From assembly GCA_044226015.1 (NCBI GenBank), contig JBGAHS010000002.1:819435-883434 (forward strand): a stretch of 64,000 nucleotides of DNA, in the 5' to 3' direction. Each line of letters begins with the position of its first letter. Within the stretch, counting starts at the first letter, position 1. The stretch is from Candidatus Obscuribacteraceae bacterium (GTDB lineage: Bacteria; Cyanobacteriota; Vampirovibrionia; Obscuribacterales; Obscuribacteraceae). Under the pieces are notes generated by a model. It made no database searches. It saw only the letters and a program-made list of their open reading frames with translations, and was not told where the DNA came from. Made by a program: the position numbers and the translations under genes. This document shows, piece after piece, positions 20,401-29,704 of the stretch.

Positions 20401-20700
20401 TTTCAGTGCATACGATCTGCAAATACCAGCATGTTCAAGTTTTGTGGTAACGAGAGCCTCCGTTTTGAACCGCTCTATTGTTTCTTCATTTTGGCTTGCA
20501 GTTTCACCCAGAAATTTGATTGCAACTGTCCTACTCAGCAATATATCGTGTGCTTTATAAGTTTCGCCAACAGCACCTGCACCCAGAAATTCTAGAAGCT
20601 CAAATCGGCTTTCCAAAACTGTGCCAATGCCAAACTCACCCGAAGCAATTTGCGGGGAGATCGCTGCGTTTTCTTGTGCGGATGAATTGGCCTCACTCAT
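17449..20700 (-). CDS. Hanks-type Ser/Thr protein kinase with TM helix and TPR-like region
   Basis: LGAGAVG, VAIKFL, HRDLKPSN, DFG, YMSPEQ; TM PLIVVGALCLLLLSGFVAYLAI; likely start ATG 20700; stop abuts the start of the next kinase. Confidence 0.92.
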   Translation of the reverse strand: MSEANSSAQENAAISPQIASGEFGIGTVLESRFELLEFLGAGAVGETYKAHDILLSRTVAIKFLGETASQNEETIERFKTEALVTTKLEHAGICRSYALKATPAGRLFMVMDFISGRSLASVLAEQGTLSATQFLNIFDQLTDALIYAHELGVVHRDLKPSNIMISSRDGQEQAVLVDFGLVKWVENQNQHLTATGAIMGTSAYMSPEQCRGEREIDERSDVYSLTCVMFEALTGKPPFTGDSSLDVMYKHVNASVDGSDILKNVPSNMVPLFRKGLQKNRSDRFQNISQLRQSFLACTRKTEIRNWKPPLIVVGALCLLLLSGFVAYLAITNSRAKEAAVLDNAIEDKKGKNSEVADSNLVELPADPDKVSALGNKYMNLDPTGKQLRILYRRWDEKHSRRHADRESVSLWTSAIVQFAMVLDYDSMETYSKRVLSSSFANEIAPTVVDSYFIYFKAKRDFSGGIKKLEQFVHDERFAQLPKLAVQAKADEIACYLELGDAQKAVRLGEENEKIMSSKFTEFGHTGTDSRKRYVVALLRAGDKKKANILLENYLSQIDQFQERGKHIAFAEMAQEIQKDDPKTSLSLYEMALSRCPPGERATIVMPYCSLLRSINENRRALELERGLFNHVTDRNLKIQILIAMKADATILKLNKDVADFDRAIVNEWRALLRGPVQLTGADIVLLDQSLGSCAANIRVEHGANAAIKFLDDWSSFVGTKTTFRKLIYVSLRSKMALEYADTNRGLALLKEAEQMLKSIDDIELARYGIDRPTLLGINREIEFQVYTSAGLPEQAIKAEEQALYFRKQSKIDEAALLFDELVLATSYFESNHGEKAKDLIAEIEKTIAERPDIWQKLLLEGKRRYSQLKVYEKKLPDALNSLDKSLTQAKRDGTPVPTNLEIDQALVLLQMGRYADAENVLNNRLKQKDPVLADVWKYRIHTTLVRIARAQRNFEQAVEESKLALAAAPGEIKISAYSVLAQSLMEVGDVEKAKEQLDLADELAKKSGEFRGKDRTLELLQHLRKSLKKYAKKTNLSGAVLTPVSASFQPASASAVLAPGSADFQPTSGSFGTLLQLKRRIV
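17495..17583. repeat. Two 41-bp REP-like palindromic units (48-bp period) inside the 3' end of the kinase gene
   Basis: GATGTCGGCTGGAAGTCGGCGCTCCCAGGTGCGAGGACTGC (17495-17535) and GATGCCGGCTGGAAGCTGGCGCTCACAGGTGTGAGGACTGC (17543-17583). Confidence 0.75.
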
Positions 20701-20902
20701 ATTGCCAGGTCCTTGGGGCTCCACCCTATGTACCCAGGACTGCAGCAGGATCACCACAGAGACGACCACCCGCACCGATGAGCGCCGTAGGCGGCAGCAG
20801 CGCTGCAGCTGATAAAGAAGTCCGATAAATCTCGCGATTTCCACAAAACTCATACAGGGGAACAACCGAGTTGTCTAAATTGCGATTGTGGCTGCTAGTT
20901 GC

Positions 20903-21148
20903 ATGATGAAGAAAGAGCTAGCATTAATCGCAATTTTGCTCCCTTTGAGCCTGCCACCCAATTTGGCTCAGGGCTTCGGCGAAATGCCAAAAGAAATTTT
21001 CGGAAGAACAGAACGCACACACGAAGAGATCAAAGCTTTCAACAGAGAATTTGAGTTGAGACAGGCACTCATGGCGAGCATGTCGATACTGATCCCGCTA
21101 AAAGGCTTTGTTATCTGGCAACGGCGCAAACAAAGGATATCGAGCTAA
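20903..21148 (+). pseudogene. Probably truncated or frameshifted secreted protein, paralogous to the downstream gene
   Basis: Signal peptide then AQGFGEMPKEIFGR, resembling AQGLQDTKLSPDEIAGR of the next ORF; the resemblance is lost after ~21060. Confidence 0.35.
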
Positions 21149-21517
21149 ATGAACAAAATTGTGTCACTCTTCGTTTTCGTTTGGCTGGGGCTACAAATTG
21201 CCTCTGCTCAAGGCTTGCAGGACACGAAACTGAGTCCAGATGAGATCGCAGGACGTAATCCTGTTCCCAAGCTCTTGCCTGGAAAAACAGACCAAGAGCG
21301 GTGGGACCTGGTATCGAAGAATGCGTCTAAGCTAATTGGAATGAAGCAATCGCAGTTAACAGCGTTGTTTGGGAATGGAGTCTTGACTAGAACAAACGAA
21401 ATTGCCTATCAAATCACCAAGCCTCAAAAGAGTGGAAAGTTAGCATTCATCGAGCTTAGAATTAAGCTTATCAGTGGTTCCGTATCGGAATACTCTGTAA
21501 TTGGAATTTGGCATTGA
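21149..21517 (+). CDS. Small secreted protein (SmpA/BLIP-like LIGM..QL..LFG motif)
   Basis: Signal peptide ending ASA; LIGMKQSQLTALFG followed by beta strands. Confidence 0.6.
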   Translation: MNKIVSLFVFVWLGLQIASAQGLQDTKLSPDEIAGRNPVPKLLPGKTDQERWDLVSKNASKLIGMKQSQLTALFGNGVLTRTNEIAYQITKPQKSGKLAFIELRIKLISGSVSEYSVIGIWH

Positions 21518-21636
21518 ATCAAAATCCGCCTGCCTCTATCGCCTTCTTTAATGTCGGATCGAGGTTCATGCGTTTGTTCAATTCGTCATGGGCCGGTCTC
21601 CAAAGAGCTGCATACTTCGGCTGAGCAAACCAAACA

Positions 21637-23682
21637 CTAGCACCTGCCGATAAATTTCGCACTCGTGGCAAGAGGGTAAAGAAGTGCTGCAAACTCGCGC
21701 CGACTGACGGCAGCAGCATCGGAAAGCGCTTGCGCAGGTTGAAACCCTAACTCCGAAAGCGTCATATGCAGCTCAGGCGCAGTAACGGGCAGATTGCCCT
21801 CCAACTCATTTTTAGCGCAGTTAAGCAACGCCTCAACAGCAGCGGTTCGTTCTGATTCTTTTCGATCCAGTTTCATCAGCCGAGAGATAGCCGTCGCAAG
21901 CTCTAACCTGCTTAGAGAATCGTCAGGGCGAAAGGATAGTGACTCAAGGTCAACAGGCATAATCTTGCAAATCGCAAGGAATTGAATTGCTGCAAAATTC
22001 TCGTCTTCAGGAGAAACATCATTAAACCAGACAATGGGCGAACCATACTCCAGCACTCGTTTCTGCAGACGGCGCATTGCAACTTTTGATTGATGCAAAC
22101 GGCGCGAATCAGTTTTTGCTGCCAACACCTCCACAGCGAACATGGCCGCAGCTTCGCCAATCGCCCACTCGATGGGATGCAGACGGTAGGCTCCGTTAGT
22201 GACATGCGTACAAGAAATATTTTTGCAAGCAGGCAAGAGATTGCGCAAATCACTTGAGACAAACGCGAATGCAGGCACCTGAAATGGCGCAGTAGACTGT
22301 GCTGCACCGGGCACATCTTGCTTTCCGTGAATATCAACCGGATAGAGACCTATACCAAGAGAGTCACTGAACCAACGCGCTCGTGCGCCAGGATTTGAAG
22401 CCTTTGTGATATCACTTTCTAGTACGAACCGCCCGGTTGAAAGTCGGCGTGATTCTCGAATGTATGGATATTTAGAGATACCATCGGCGGTGCCCATAAC
22501 ATCGCAACGAAGTTTGAACTCGGGGTAACCCCTACCACCATCATCGCGCTCCATTTCGGTCTGCATCCAATAAAGGAAGCCCAGGCTCAGGCATTTAGCG
22601 CGTGCCAGACGCTCGCACATAAGGGCTGGCTCAACATCGATTATGCTTTCCAGGCGTAAATCATTACTCTCCCAATTTATCATTGCGATATCTCGGGGGA
22701 ATTGCTTCGATGAAAACGTAGCAGCGTCGATTAAGCGACGGTACTCCCAGAAAGGCAGGTACTCAACTTCCTTGCCTTTCTCATTGATACATTTTCTGTT
22801 TTTGAACACCGCATAGCCGAGCAGGGAGAACTTGCCCTTATCTCTGAACTCCTCATAATGTGGGGGCTTGGCAATGGTGTGATTTTCGCCAGGACAAAGC
22901 TCTATCGCAAATGGGTAGGTAAAGTCCTGAACATTATCAGGGTCTGCAAATGCTGGCGCATGCTCTTCGCGGGTGGCAAAGCGCGACTCTACGCCACTAA
23001 AATAAGGAACTTCCAGCAGTGGAAAAAGGTCACCAAGTTCGGTGGCATCGAGACAAAACTTGCATCGCAACTCGGTGATTTTTCCAGTTTCAAAATTACC
23101 AAATTGAACTGCACGAATTTTGTCACCCTGAATTCGCCCAGAAAGAGCCACAGTGCGCTTAAACACTCTAAGTCTCCCAGTTCGCAAATGCGGTGCAAGC
23201 AACTCATCCAATATCTGCACAGCCACCTTAGGCTCAAACGCAAGCCGGCTTACCCAGCAATTACCCGGGTCAAGAAATTTCTCAAAGCGTGCTAATCCAT
23301 CTTTAGCACCAAGTGCCCTGTAGTGCTCGCGAATCTTGTTGCGAACTAATTTATAGGTGCGCGATGCTCCAGAAGTTTCCACAAGATAATTCTCATCCAG
23401 CGCTGAGACACCCTGGGCTGTCATCTGCCCGCCCAACCAAGATGTTTCCTCTGTCAGACACACAGTTAAACCAGCTGAGCAAGCAGCCAGAGCCGCCGCG
23501 ACACCACCCGTGCCACCACCCACAATTAGCAAATCGCATGAAACTACGCGAGGCTTGCGGCTTATTACAAACCTTTTTATGGCGTTCGCAGGTTGGTCGA
23601 TTGATACAGATTCAACGTCAACCTTCAGGAAAACTTTCCCTTGTTGGACTGCCTCAGTGGAAGAACTTTCAAGTTTTTGCAT
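21637..23682 (-). CDS. FAD-dependent oxidoreductase with C-terminal SLH-like repeats
   Basis: DLLIVGGGTGGVAAA, EET.WLGGQMT.QGVSALDE, DATELGDL, PYIRESRR, GAYRLHPIEW.IGEAA; WFNDV...FRPDDSLSRLELA and VSRREFA SLH-like motifs. Confidence 0.85.
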   Translation of the reverse strand: MQKLESSSTEAVQQGKVFLKVDVESVSIDQPANAIKRFVISRKPRVVSCDLLIVGGGTGGVAAALAACSAGLTVCLTEETSWLGGQMTAQGVSALDENYLVETSGASRTYKLVRNKIREHYRALGAKDGLARFEKFLDPGNCWVSRLAFEPKVAVQILDELLAPHLRTGRLRVFKRTVALSGRIQGDKIRAVQFGNFETGKITELRCKFCLDATELGDLFPLLEVPYFSGVESRFATREEHAPAFADPDNVQDFTYPFAIELCPGENHTIAKPPHYEEFRDKGKFSLLGYAVFKNRKCINEKGKEVEYLPFWEYRRLIDAATFSSKQFPRDIAMINWESNDLRLESIIDVEPALMCERLARAKCLSLGFLYWMQTEMERDDGGRGYPEFKLRCDVMGTADGISKYPYIRESRRLSTGRFVLESDITKASNPGARARWFSDSLGIGLYPVDIHGKQDVPGAAQSTAPFQVPAFAFVSSDLRNLLPACKNISCTHVTNGAYRLHPIEWAIGEAAAMFAVEVLAAKTDSRRLHQSKVAMRRLQKRVLEYGSPIVWFNDVSPEDENFAAIQFLAICKIMPVDLESLSFRPDDSLSRLELATAISRLMKLDRKESERTAAVEALLNCAKNELEGNLPVTAPELHMTLSELGFQPAQALSDAAAVSRREFAALLYPLATSAKFIGRC

Positions 23683-23862
23683 TGCTTCGACCCGCAAATT
23701 GATGCCTGCAAAAGCATATCAGGGCTTCAAACAGAGGTCCACGGGGAAAGCGACTTTACACTAGAGAATTCAAATGTGTATAGATTCCAAGCTCGTGCTT
23801 TACTGTATGCATCATCGGTAAGCGTTAATGACAACCGCAGGAGCAAACCGCAGGAGTAAGCC

Positions 23863-24441
23863 ATGTCTAGCAACTATTCAGAAGAACAAATCAAAAGAGC
23901 CGCCAAAATAAAGCTCATTCTTATGGATGTTGATGGGGTGCTCACTGACGGAAAACTTTATTACTTCCCGAACTCTCAGGGCGAAATGACTGAGTTCAAG
24001 GGGTTCAACTCACATGATGGACTGGGACTGCATCTTTGCAGTTTCGCAGGCATCGGCACCGGTGTTATCAGCGGACGTAACTCTCCATCAGTGGTCGAAC
24101 GCGCGAAGATGCTAAAGATGAAATATGTCTATCAAGGGCATCTTCACAAGGTCGAGTCTTGGAACGAAATACTCGCCGATGCAAAAGTTGAAGCTGATGA
24201 AGTGGCTTACATAGGTGACGACTTCCCGGATATTCCACTCCTCCGCAAAGCAGGTCTGGCAGTGGCAGTAGCAAACGCCCGCCCCGAAGTGAAAGCTGTC
24301 TCCCATTTTGTGACAGAGCATGATGGCGGCGAGGGAGCCGTCAGAGACGCGGTGGAACTTGTGCTCAAGTCCACTGGAAACTGGGAAAATGCGATTAAAC
24401 AGTACGAAGTTCAGAAGCCTGAAGCTGTCACAGCTGTCTAA
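23863..24441 (+). CDS. kdsC: 3-deoxy-D-manno-octulosonate 8-phosphate phosphatase (HAD family)
   Basis: MDVDGVLTDG, K.FNSHDGLG, ISGRNS, YIGDDFPD, GGEGAVRD. Confidence 0.9.
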   Translation: MSSNYSEEQIKRAAKIKLILMDVDGVLTDGKLYYFPNSQGEMTEFKGFNSHDGLGLHLCSFAGIGTGVISGRNSPSVVERAKMLKMKYVYQGHLHKVESWNEILADAKVEADEVAYIGDDFPDIPLLRKAGLAVAVANARPEVKAVSHFVTEHDGGEGAVRDAVELVLKSTGNWENAIKQYEVQKPEAVTAV

Positions 24442-24533
24442 TCCTGACCCAAATGCTCCAAAAAAAGTGATGAATCAGCCCGAATTGGGAATATTGGTTG
24501 TGCAATAAACCGTTCTCATTGGGAGCCTGAACT

Positions 24534-25190
24534 ATGGGCAGACAAGAAAGGCGCGAGCGAACAGCTCTGGATGAAGCTTTTAAGTACTTCCGGGAGCTGG
24601 ACAGCGGCGCACAAGAACCTGACATTTTTCGTCTAAACAAGGCAGTCAAAACTCTATCATTCGCTCTTGCAATATCAGATGTGAGCGAGTTCAAGCTGAC
24701 AAAGCAATTGTGGAAACGTCTACATCAGGCACTTTTTGACAAATTAATCAGTAATTTCAATGGGCGCGTCGAGATTTACAACGATGACCGCTTGCCTCTC
24801 GAAATTAGAAATAAAGTCCCAGAGTCGGGTTTTCTGGTGTTCTTTCCAGAAAAATGCAAAAGAACTGACGACTTTAATGAAATCGAACTGCAGAAGCTAT
24901 ATCCAAAGACTTTTGCTGTGGTTAAGCATGTTTGGGAAGAGCGAGGCGCATTCATCAAGCCTGCAGACTTCGAAGGAGGCGATTGTAGCGGTGGTGTCTG
25001 CTATATGAAGCCGATGGTTCCGGGTCAGGAAGTTCTGACTGAGGAATCAGCAAAAGGAAGGGCGGAAGCACACAACAAATGGTGGGAGCTGTATTGGCAG
25101 GCCTATTGCTCGGGAAGCAAGAGAGACCAGGACCATCTCGCAAAACAAATGAACGAACTGGAGTCAATCTGGGGAAATCTATACTACTAA
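24534..25190 (+). CDS. Hypothetical protein
   Basis: 218-aa ORF with GGAG RBS; contains DCSGGVC; function unknown. Confidence 0.7.
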   Translation: MGRQERRERTALDEAFKYFRELDSGAQEPDIFRLNKAVKTLSFALAISDVSEFKLTKQLWKRLHQALFDKLISNFNGRVEIYNDDRLPLEIRNKVPESGFLVFFPEKCKRTDDFNEIELQKLYPKTFAVVKHVWEERGAFIKPADFEGGDCSGGVCYMKPMVPGQEVLTEESAKGRAEAHNKWWELYWQAYCSGSKRDQDHLAKQMNELESIWGNLYY

Positions 25191-25192
25191 AC

Positions 25193-25229
25193 CAAGAACC
25201 TGCAAGCTAACTTGCAGGTTCTTGTTTCT
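25193..25229 (+). terminator. Perfect 14-bp hairpin, terminator-like
   Basis: CAAGAACCTGCAAG-CTAA-CTTGCAGGTTCTTG followed by TTTCT, right after the stop at 25190. Confidence 0.6.
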
Positions 25230-25248
25230 GCGCGAACCCAACGTGAAC

Positions 25249-26733
25249 ATGAAAGACTGGCTTAAAACAATCTGGTCCACGATGACGGGCAAAGATGCCT
25301 GGCGAGACAAATTCGAAGAAGCTTGCCGAGTCTTTCAAGAAGGTGACCCAAATACTGCAGAATCACAATTCAAAGATGCTCTAACAATTCTTGCAAACGC
25401 AAAAAAAGGCGACCCGAGGGTTTTCTCCACACTCGTCTGCCTCGGGGCTTGTTATCGGGCACTTGAGCGATATGAAGAAGCTGAAAAAGTTTTGCGCGAA
25501 GCAATTGATGCAAAAGCAAGCAACAAGAACATGAACACCAATGATAGCGCTTTTGCATACAAAGAGCTGGCATCTTGCCTTTATGAGGCTGGCAAATGCA
25601 CAGAAGTAGAAATTGAAATAAGAAAGGCGCTCGATCTTTACAAACAAGACGGCGATAAGTCTCTAGAGGAAAAAGCAGAATGCTCCCTCATTTTAGCTAG
25701 AACGCTAATAATGCAATGCAGTTACTCCGAGGCAGAACCATTTCTAGAAGAAGCGCTTGCCGTCTTCGAGAAAAGTTCTGTGGACAGAACTTTTGAAATT
25801 GCAGATTCTCTAACGTGCCAGGCAATTGCATGGAATAGACGAGCCGCGTTTCAAAATGCTGAGGAAAACTTGAGAAAAGTAATTCCAATGCATGCAAAAT
25901 TGACAGGAGAAGAGAGTCTTGAGGTTGCGCGCTGCAACACCGAGTTAGCAGCATCACTTTTGGCGCAAACAAGATTTGATGATGCAGAAAAGTGCTTTCA
26001 TGCGGCATTGAAGACAATGAAGAAGTTGGGCGCGCATACAAGCATCGATTACGCAGATGCGCTTGCGGGGCTCGCTACAGGGCTGCGCTCTCAAAGAAAA
26101 TTTGATGCCGCGATTTCATTTTATTTGCAAGCGCTCGGCATTTATGAGGAAACTTATAAACACGAGCATGATGATATTGCGACTGTCTTGACGCAGTTGG
26201 CAGTCTGCCAAAGCGAACAAGAGCAATACAAAGATGCAGAGAAATCTTTCACAAGAGCTCTGGCGATAAGTGAGCAAACTTTGGGAAAAGAGCACTCTGC
26301 AGTCGCAGACAATTTGTTCAATCTAGCAAATTGCTATAGCTTTCAAAAGCGCTATGAAGAAGCCATTCCACTCTACAAGAAAGCTCTGGACATCACAGAA
26401 AAATGCACCGGTATAGAACACCCCGACTTTGCGTCTAAGCTCACAGGGCTTGCTTACTGTTTTCAGCTTCAAGACAAATTTAGCGATGCAAAACCACTCT
26501 ACACACGCGCCCTGGAAATATGCGAGCGACTACCCGACTGCACTGAAGATGAATTGTCAGACAACCTCATTGGGTTAGCAAACTGCCACCTTGAGACTGG
26601 TGATTTCGCTGCCGCAAAACCTCTCTACCAGCGGGCACTCGAGTTCAAGCAGAACAAATTCGACCCTCGTGATCAAGAACTGGCAACTCGAATTGAATCA
26701 CTTCTGAAGAGAATGGAGCACAGCGTTGCCTAG
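25249..26733 (+). CDS. Kinesin-light-chain-like TPR protein
   Basis: About ten 42-aa repeats (LGKEHSAVADNLFNLANCY..Q.RYEEAIPLYKKALDI). Confidence 0.9.
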   Translation: MKDWLKTIWSTMTGKDAWRDKFEEACRVFQEGDPNTAESQFKDALTILANAKKGDPRVFSTLVCLGACYRALERYEEAEKVLREAIDAKASNKNMNTNDSAFAYKELASCLYEAGKCTEVEIEIRKALDLYKQDGDKSLEEKAECSLILARTLIMQCSYSEAEPFLEEALAVFEKSSVDRTFEIADSLTCQAIAWNRRAAFQNAEENLRKVIPMHAKLTGEESLEVARCNTELAASLLAQTRFDDAEKCFHAALKTMKKLGAHTSIDYADALAGLATGLRSQRKFDAAISFYLQALGIYEETYKHEHDDIATVLTQLAVCQSEQEQYKDAEKSFTRALAISEQTLGKEHSAVADNLFNLANCYSFQKRYEEAIPLYKKALDITEKCTGIEHPDFASKLTGLAYCFQLQDKFSDAKPLYTRALEICERLPDCTEDELSDNLIGLANCHLETGDFAAAKPLYQRALEFKQNKFDPRDQELATRIESLLKRMEHSVA

Positions 26734-26794
26734 CGCCTCAACCACGGATTTTCATGGCGGCGGTGCCAGGATCCGAACCCGTCCTCTGTATTCT

Positions 26795-29632
26795 TTAGTG
26801 AATCGGGTTGGCCTCTGCATTCAATTCTTGAATTGGTCCAAGATTGAGTTTCTCCAACTCCGGCATAATCTTCGCCTTATCACCAACTGTGACCACAACC
26901 ATCTTGTTAGGATCAAGATATTTTTTCACCATCGACTCGGCTTCCGCAGGCGTAACTGCATACACTTTATCTGGCAAATTTTTGTAGTAGTCCACAGGCA
27001 AGTTGTACACAAACAAGTTGCTGAATTGATTCACCACATTCAATGATGTTTCAAAATCGCCTGGCAATGACAGCGCGTAGGAGTCTTTCGCCATTTTCAC
27101 CTCTTCTGCACTCGGCGGATTGCTGCGCATTCCATCAAATTCCTTGAAGTACTCTGAAATTGCAGGACCAGTAACATTGGTTCTAATTCCTGCACTAGCA
27201 GAGAATGGTCCGGCAGCTCGTCGTGCAGAGAAGCGAGAGTAGGTACCATAGGTGTAACCATGCTTCTCTCTCAAATTCATATTCAATCGACTCGAAAACA
27301 TTCCGCCGAGCACATTGTTCATCACCAGAACTGGCACATAGTCAGGGTTTGAACGTGCCAACCCGATTGACGCAATAATGACTGCTGTTTGCGGTGCCGC
27401 ATCCTTATTTACTACAAATATTTGTCGCTTGGTATTGTTTTCTACAACTGGTGGCACATGACTAGTACCTGCACCAGTCCAAGAACCCAGATATTTTTCC
27501 GCAATTGTTTTCGCCTGCTCTTTGGTCAAATCACCTGCAATAACTAGCGCAGCATTTGATGGGGTGTATTCAGTTTTCCAGAACTTCACTAAATCATCTC
27601 TACTGATGTTCTTCAGCGAAAAGACAGTTCCGTCGTCCTCGTATCCATACGGGCTATTAGCGCCGTACAATTTGCGATAAACGACTCGACGAGCAAGAGC
27701 ATTTGCATCATCTTTCTCTTGCTCAAGAGATGTAATTCTCATGCTACGAACACGGTCAATCTCCTTCTGCTCAAAAGCAGAATTCAATAGCAAATCAGAA
27801 AAAATTTCAAACGCTGGCTCAGCAGTCTTGCTGAGTGTGCGCATCGCCATTCTGGAGGAATCTACCCCAGACATTGTTACCAGAAATGTCCCCAACTGCT
27901 CAAGATCGTCAGCTATTTGAAGCGTAGAGCGCTTCTTCGTGCCCTCATCAAGCATACTCGCAGTAAAAGCTGCAAGACCCGGCTTATCGACAGGGTTACG
28001 TTCTGTTCCACTCAATGTGCTGAGCTGCGCAGAGATAATGGGAAGGTTGTGCCTTTCAAGTAGGTAAACCGTTAGACCATTTGAGAGTTTGAAGCTTTCT
28101 GGAACCGGCAGATTTAGTTTCACTTCTCCTGAAGGTTTTGGGGCTTCTTTTCTCCAGGCTTCATCAGGCGACTCTGCTACTGCATCGACCTTCTCTGCGT
28201 CTTTGCTTTCCTCTTTTGCTTGAGGAACATCTTCTAAAACTTTCTTGCCAGGCACGCCAAAAACCACGACGCGTGAGTTATTCTGCAAATAGGAATCGGT
28301 GACCTTTTTCAAGTCTGCAAGAGTCGCAGTGTCATAGCGCTGAAGATCTTTAGACAAATAATCAGGGTCACCAATGAAGTGATTGTAATTGTTGAGCCTA
28401 TCTGCGACCCCGCCAAATCCACCAAGGTTTTCCAGGTCGCCGACTATTTTTGCTTCAATAGTATTGCGAGCACCATCAAGTTCACGTTGCGTCGCACCAT
28501 CTTGCCTGAACTTCTGCAATTCGGCATCGATTTCCTTCTGCAAGTCTTCCGGTTTCACTCCAGGCTTAGCAGTCGCTTTAATGGTGAAAACAGAGCCTAG
28601 CAGCAGAGGGTAATTTTCAACCGTCACATCTTGTGCAATTTGCTTCTCATACACAAGCTTCTTGAACAAGCGACCAGATTTGCCACCACCAAGAATTCGT
28701 GCGATAAGGTCAGCCTCAGCACTTCCTGACTTATAAATCGGTGCAGTAATCCAGGACATATATACACGAGGAAGCTCAACCTGATCTGCTACAGTCACCT
28801 TTTTTTCCGCGGTGATTGGCGGAGTCTGTATAGTGATTTTCGGCACCGGCGGACCAGCCTGCAGTGTGCCAAAATACTTCTCTACGAGAGCCTTTGCTTT
28901 TGCCTTATCGAAGTCGCCTACGATTGCAAGACTTGCATTGCTGGGTGAGTAATACTGTTTGAAGAAGTCACGCAAATGGTCGAGGCGTGCGGCTTCAATG
29001 TCGGCATGCGATCCGATAACACTTGCATAGTATGGATGCCCTTTTGGAAACAATTGATGGAACATCTCCTCTTCAACTATTCCATAGGGATGATTCTCTA
29101 CGCTCTGACGGCGCTCATTGCGCACGACGTCTCGTTGGTTGGCAAGCTTCTCCTTATCGAGAGTGTCACGCAAGAAGCCCATGCGATCGCTCTCTAACCA
29201 GAGTGCAAGCTCCAGTTGATTTGATGGCAAAGTTTCAAAATAGTTTGTTCTGTCAAAATCAGTGGTGCCGTTAATATCACTTGCACCAGCAGACTCAAGA
29301 TATTTGAAGTGAGCTTTGGCACCAACGTGTCGAGAGCCTTCAAACATCATGTGCTCAAACAAATGAGCGAACCCAGTCAGTCCCTCGCGCTCATTGGCGG
29401 GACCCACGTGATACCACAAATTCACCGACACCAGCGGAAGCTTATGGTCTTCAGAAAGAATGACCTCGAGCCCATTTTTCAATTTGTATTTTTCAAATGG
29501 AATTGAAGGCAAGGTATGCTCAGATTTTGCTGGCACGCTGACTGACGGTTGCGCAGCAGCTTGAACTGCAGCCATGCTAGTTAGATATGAAAACGCGAGA
29601 AAAGGGGACAAAACTTTCTGCCAATTGAGCAT
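26795..29632 (-). CDS. Secreted M16 family zinc metallopeptidase (pitrilysin/PqqL-like, fused)
   Basis: Signal peptide; GFAHLFEHMMF (HxxEH), NGTT.FDRTNYFE, LWLESDRM, VRNERRQ; C-half SSRLNMNLREKHGYTYG. Confidence 0.92.
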   Translation of the reverse strand: MLNWQKVLSPFLAFSYLTSMAAVQAAAQPSVSVPAKSEHTLPSIPFEKYKLKNGLEVILSEDHKLPLVSVNLWYHVGPANEREGLTGFAHLFEHMMFEGSRHVGAKAHFKYLESAGASDINGTTDFDRTNYFETLPSNQLELALWLESDRMGFLRDTLDKEKLANQRDVVRNERRQSVENHPYGIVEEEMFHQLFPKGHPYYASVIGSHADIEAARLDHLRDFFKQYYSPSNASLAIVGDFDKAKAKALVEKYFGTLQAGPPVPKITIQTPPITAEKKVTVADQVELPRVYMSWITAPIYKSGSAEADLIARILGGGKSGRLFKKLVYEKQIAQDVTVENYPLLLGSVFTIKATAKPGVKPEDLQKEIDAELQKFRQDGATQRELDGARNTIEAKIVGDLENLGGFGGVADRLNNYNHFIGDPDYLSKDLQRYDTATLADLKKVTDSYLQNNSRVVVFGVPGKKVLEDVPQAKEESKDAEKVDAVAESPDEAWRKEAPKPSGEVKLNLPVPESFKLSNGLTVYLLERHNLPIISAQLSTLSGTERNPVDKPGLAAFTASMLDEGTKKRSTLQIADDLEQLGTFLVTMSGVDSSRMAMRTLSKTAEPAFEIFSDLLLNSAFEQKEIDRVRSMRITSLEQEKDDANALARRVVYRKLYGANSPYGYEDDGTVFSLKNISRDDLVKFWKTEYTPSNAALVIAGDLTKEQAKTIAEKYLGSWTGAGTSHVPPVVENNTKRQIFVVNKDAAPQTAVIIASIGLARSNPDYVPVLVMNNVLGGMFSSRLNMNLREKHGYTYGTYSRFSARRAAGPFSASAGIRTNVTGPAISEYFKEFDGMRSNPPSAEEVKMAKDSYALSLPGDFETSLNVVNQFSNLFVYNLPVDYYKNLPDKVYAVTPAEAESMVKKYLDPNKMVVVTVGDKAKIMPELEKLNLGPIQELNAEANPIH

Positions 29633-29704
29633 TACGGGGCTCCTTGCAACTCCACTGTCTATGCGGTTGCGATAATAGCATATATAGGGTTAGCGTTTGG
29701 GTAA

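Noticed and set aside
20701..20865. N-terminal extension of kinase ORF 17449..20865
   Set aside because: Arg/Cys-rich text that does not look like protein; ATG 20700 gives a leader comparable to the paralogues
26755..26784. Functional tRNA gene
   Set aside because: Only a T-arm/acceptor-like 3' fragment; no room for D and anticodon arms
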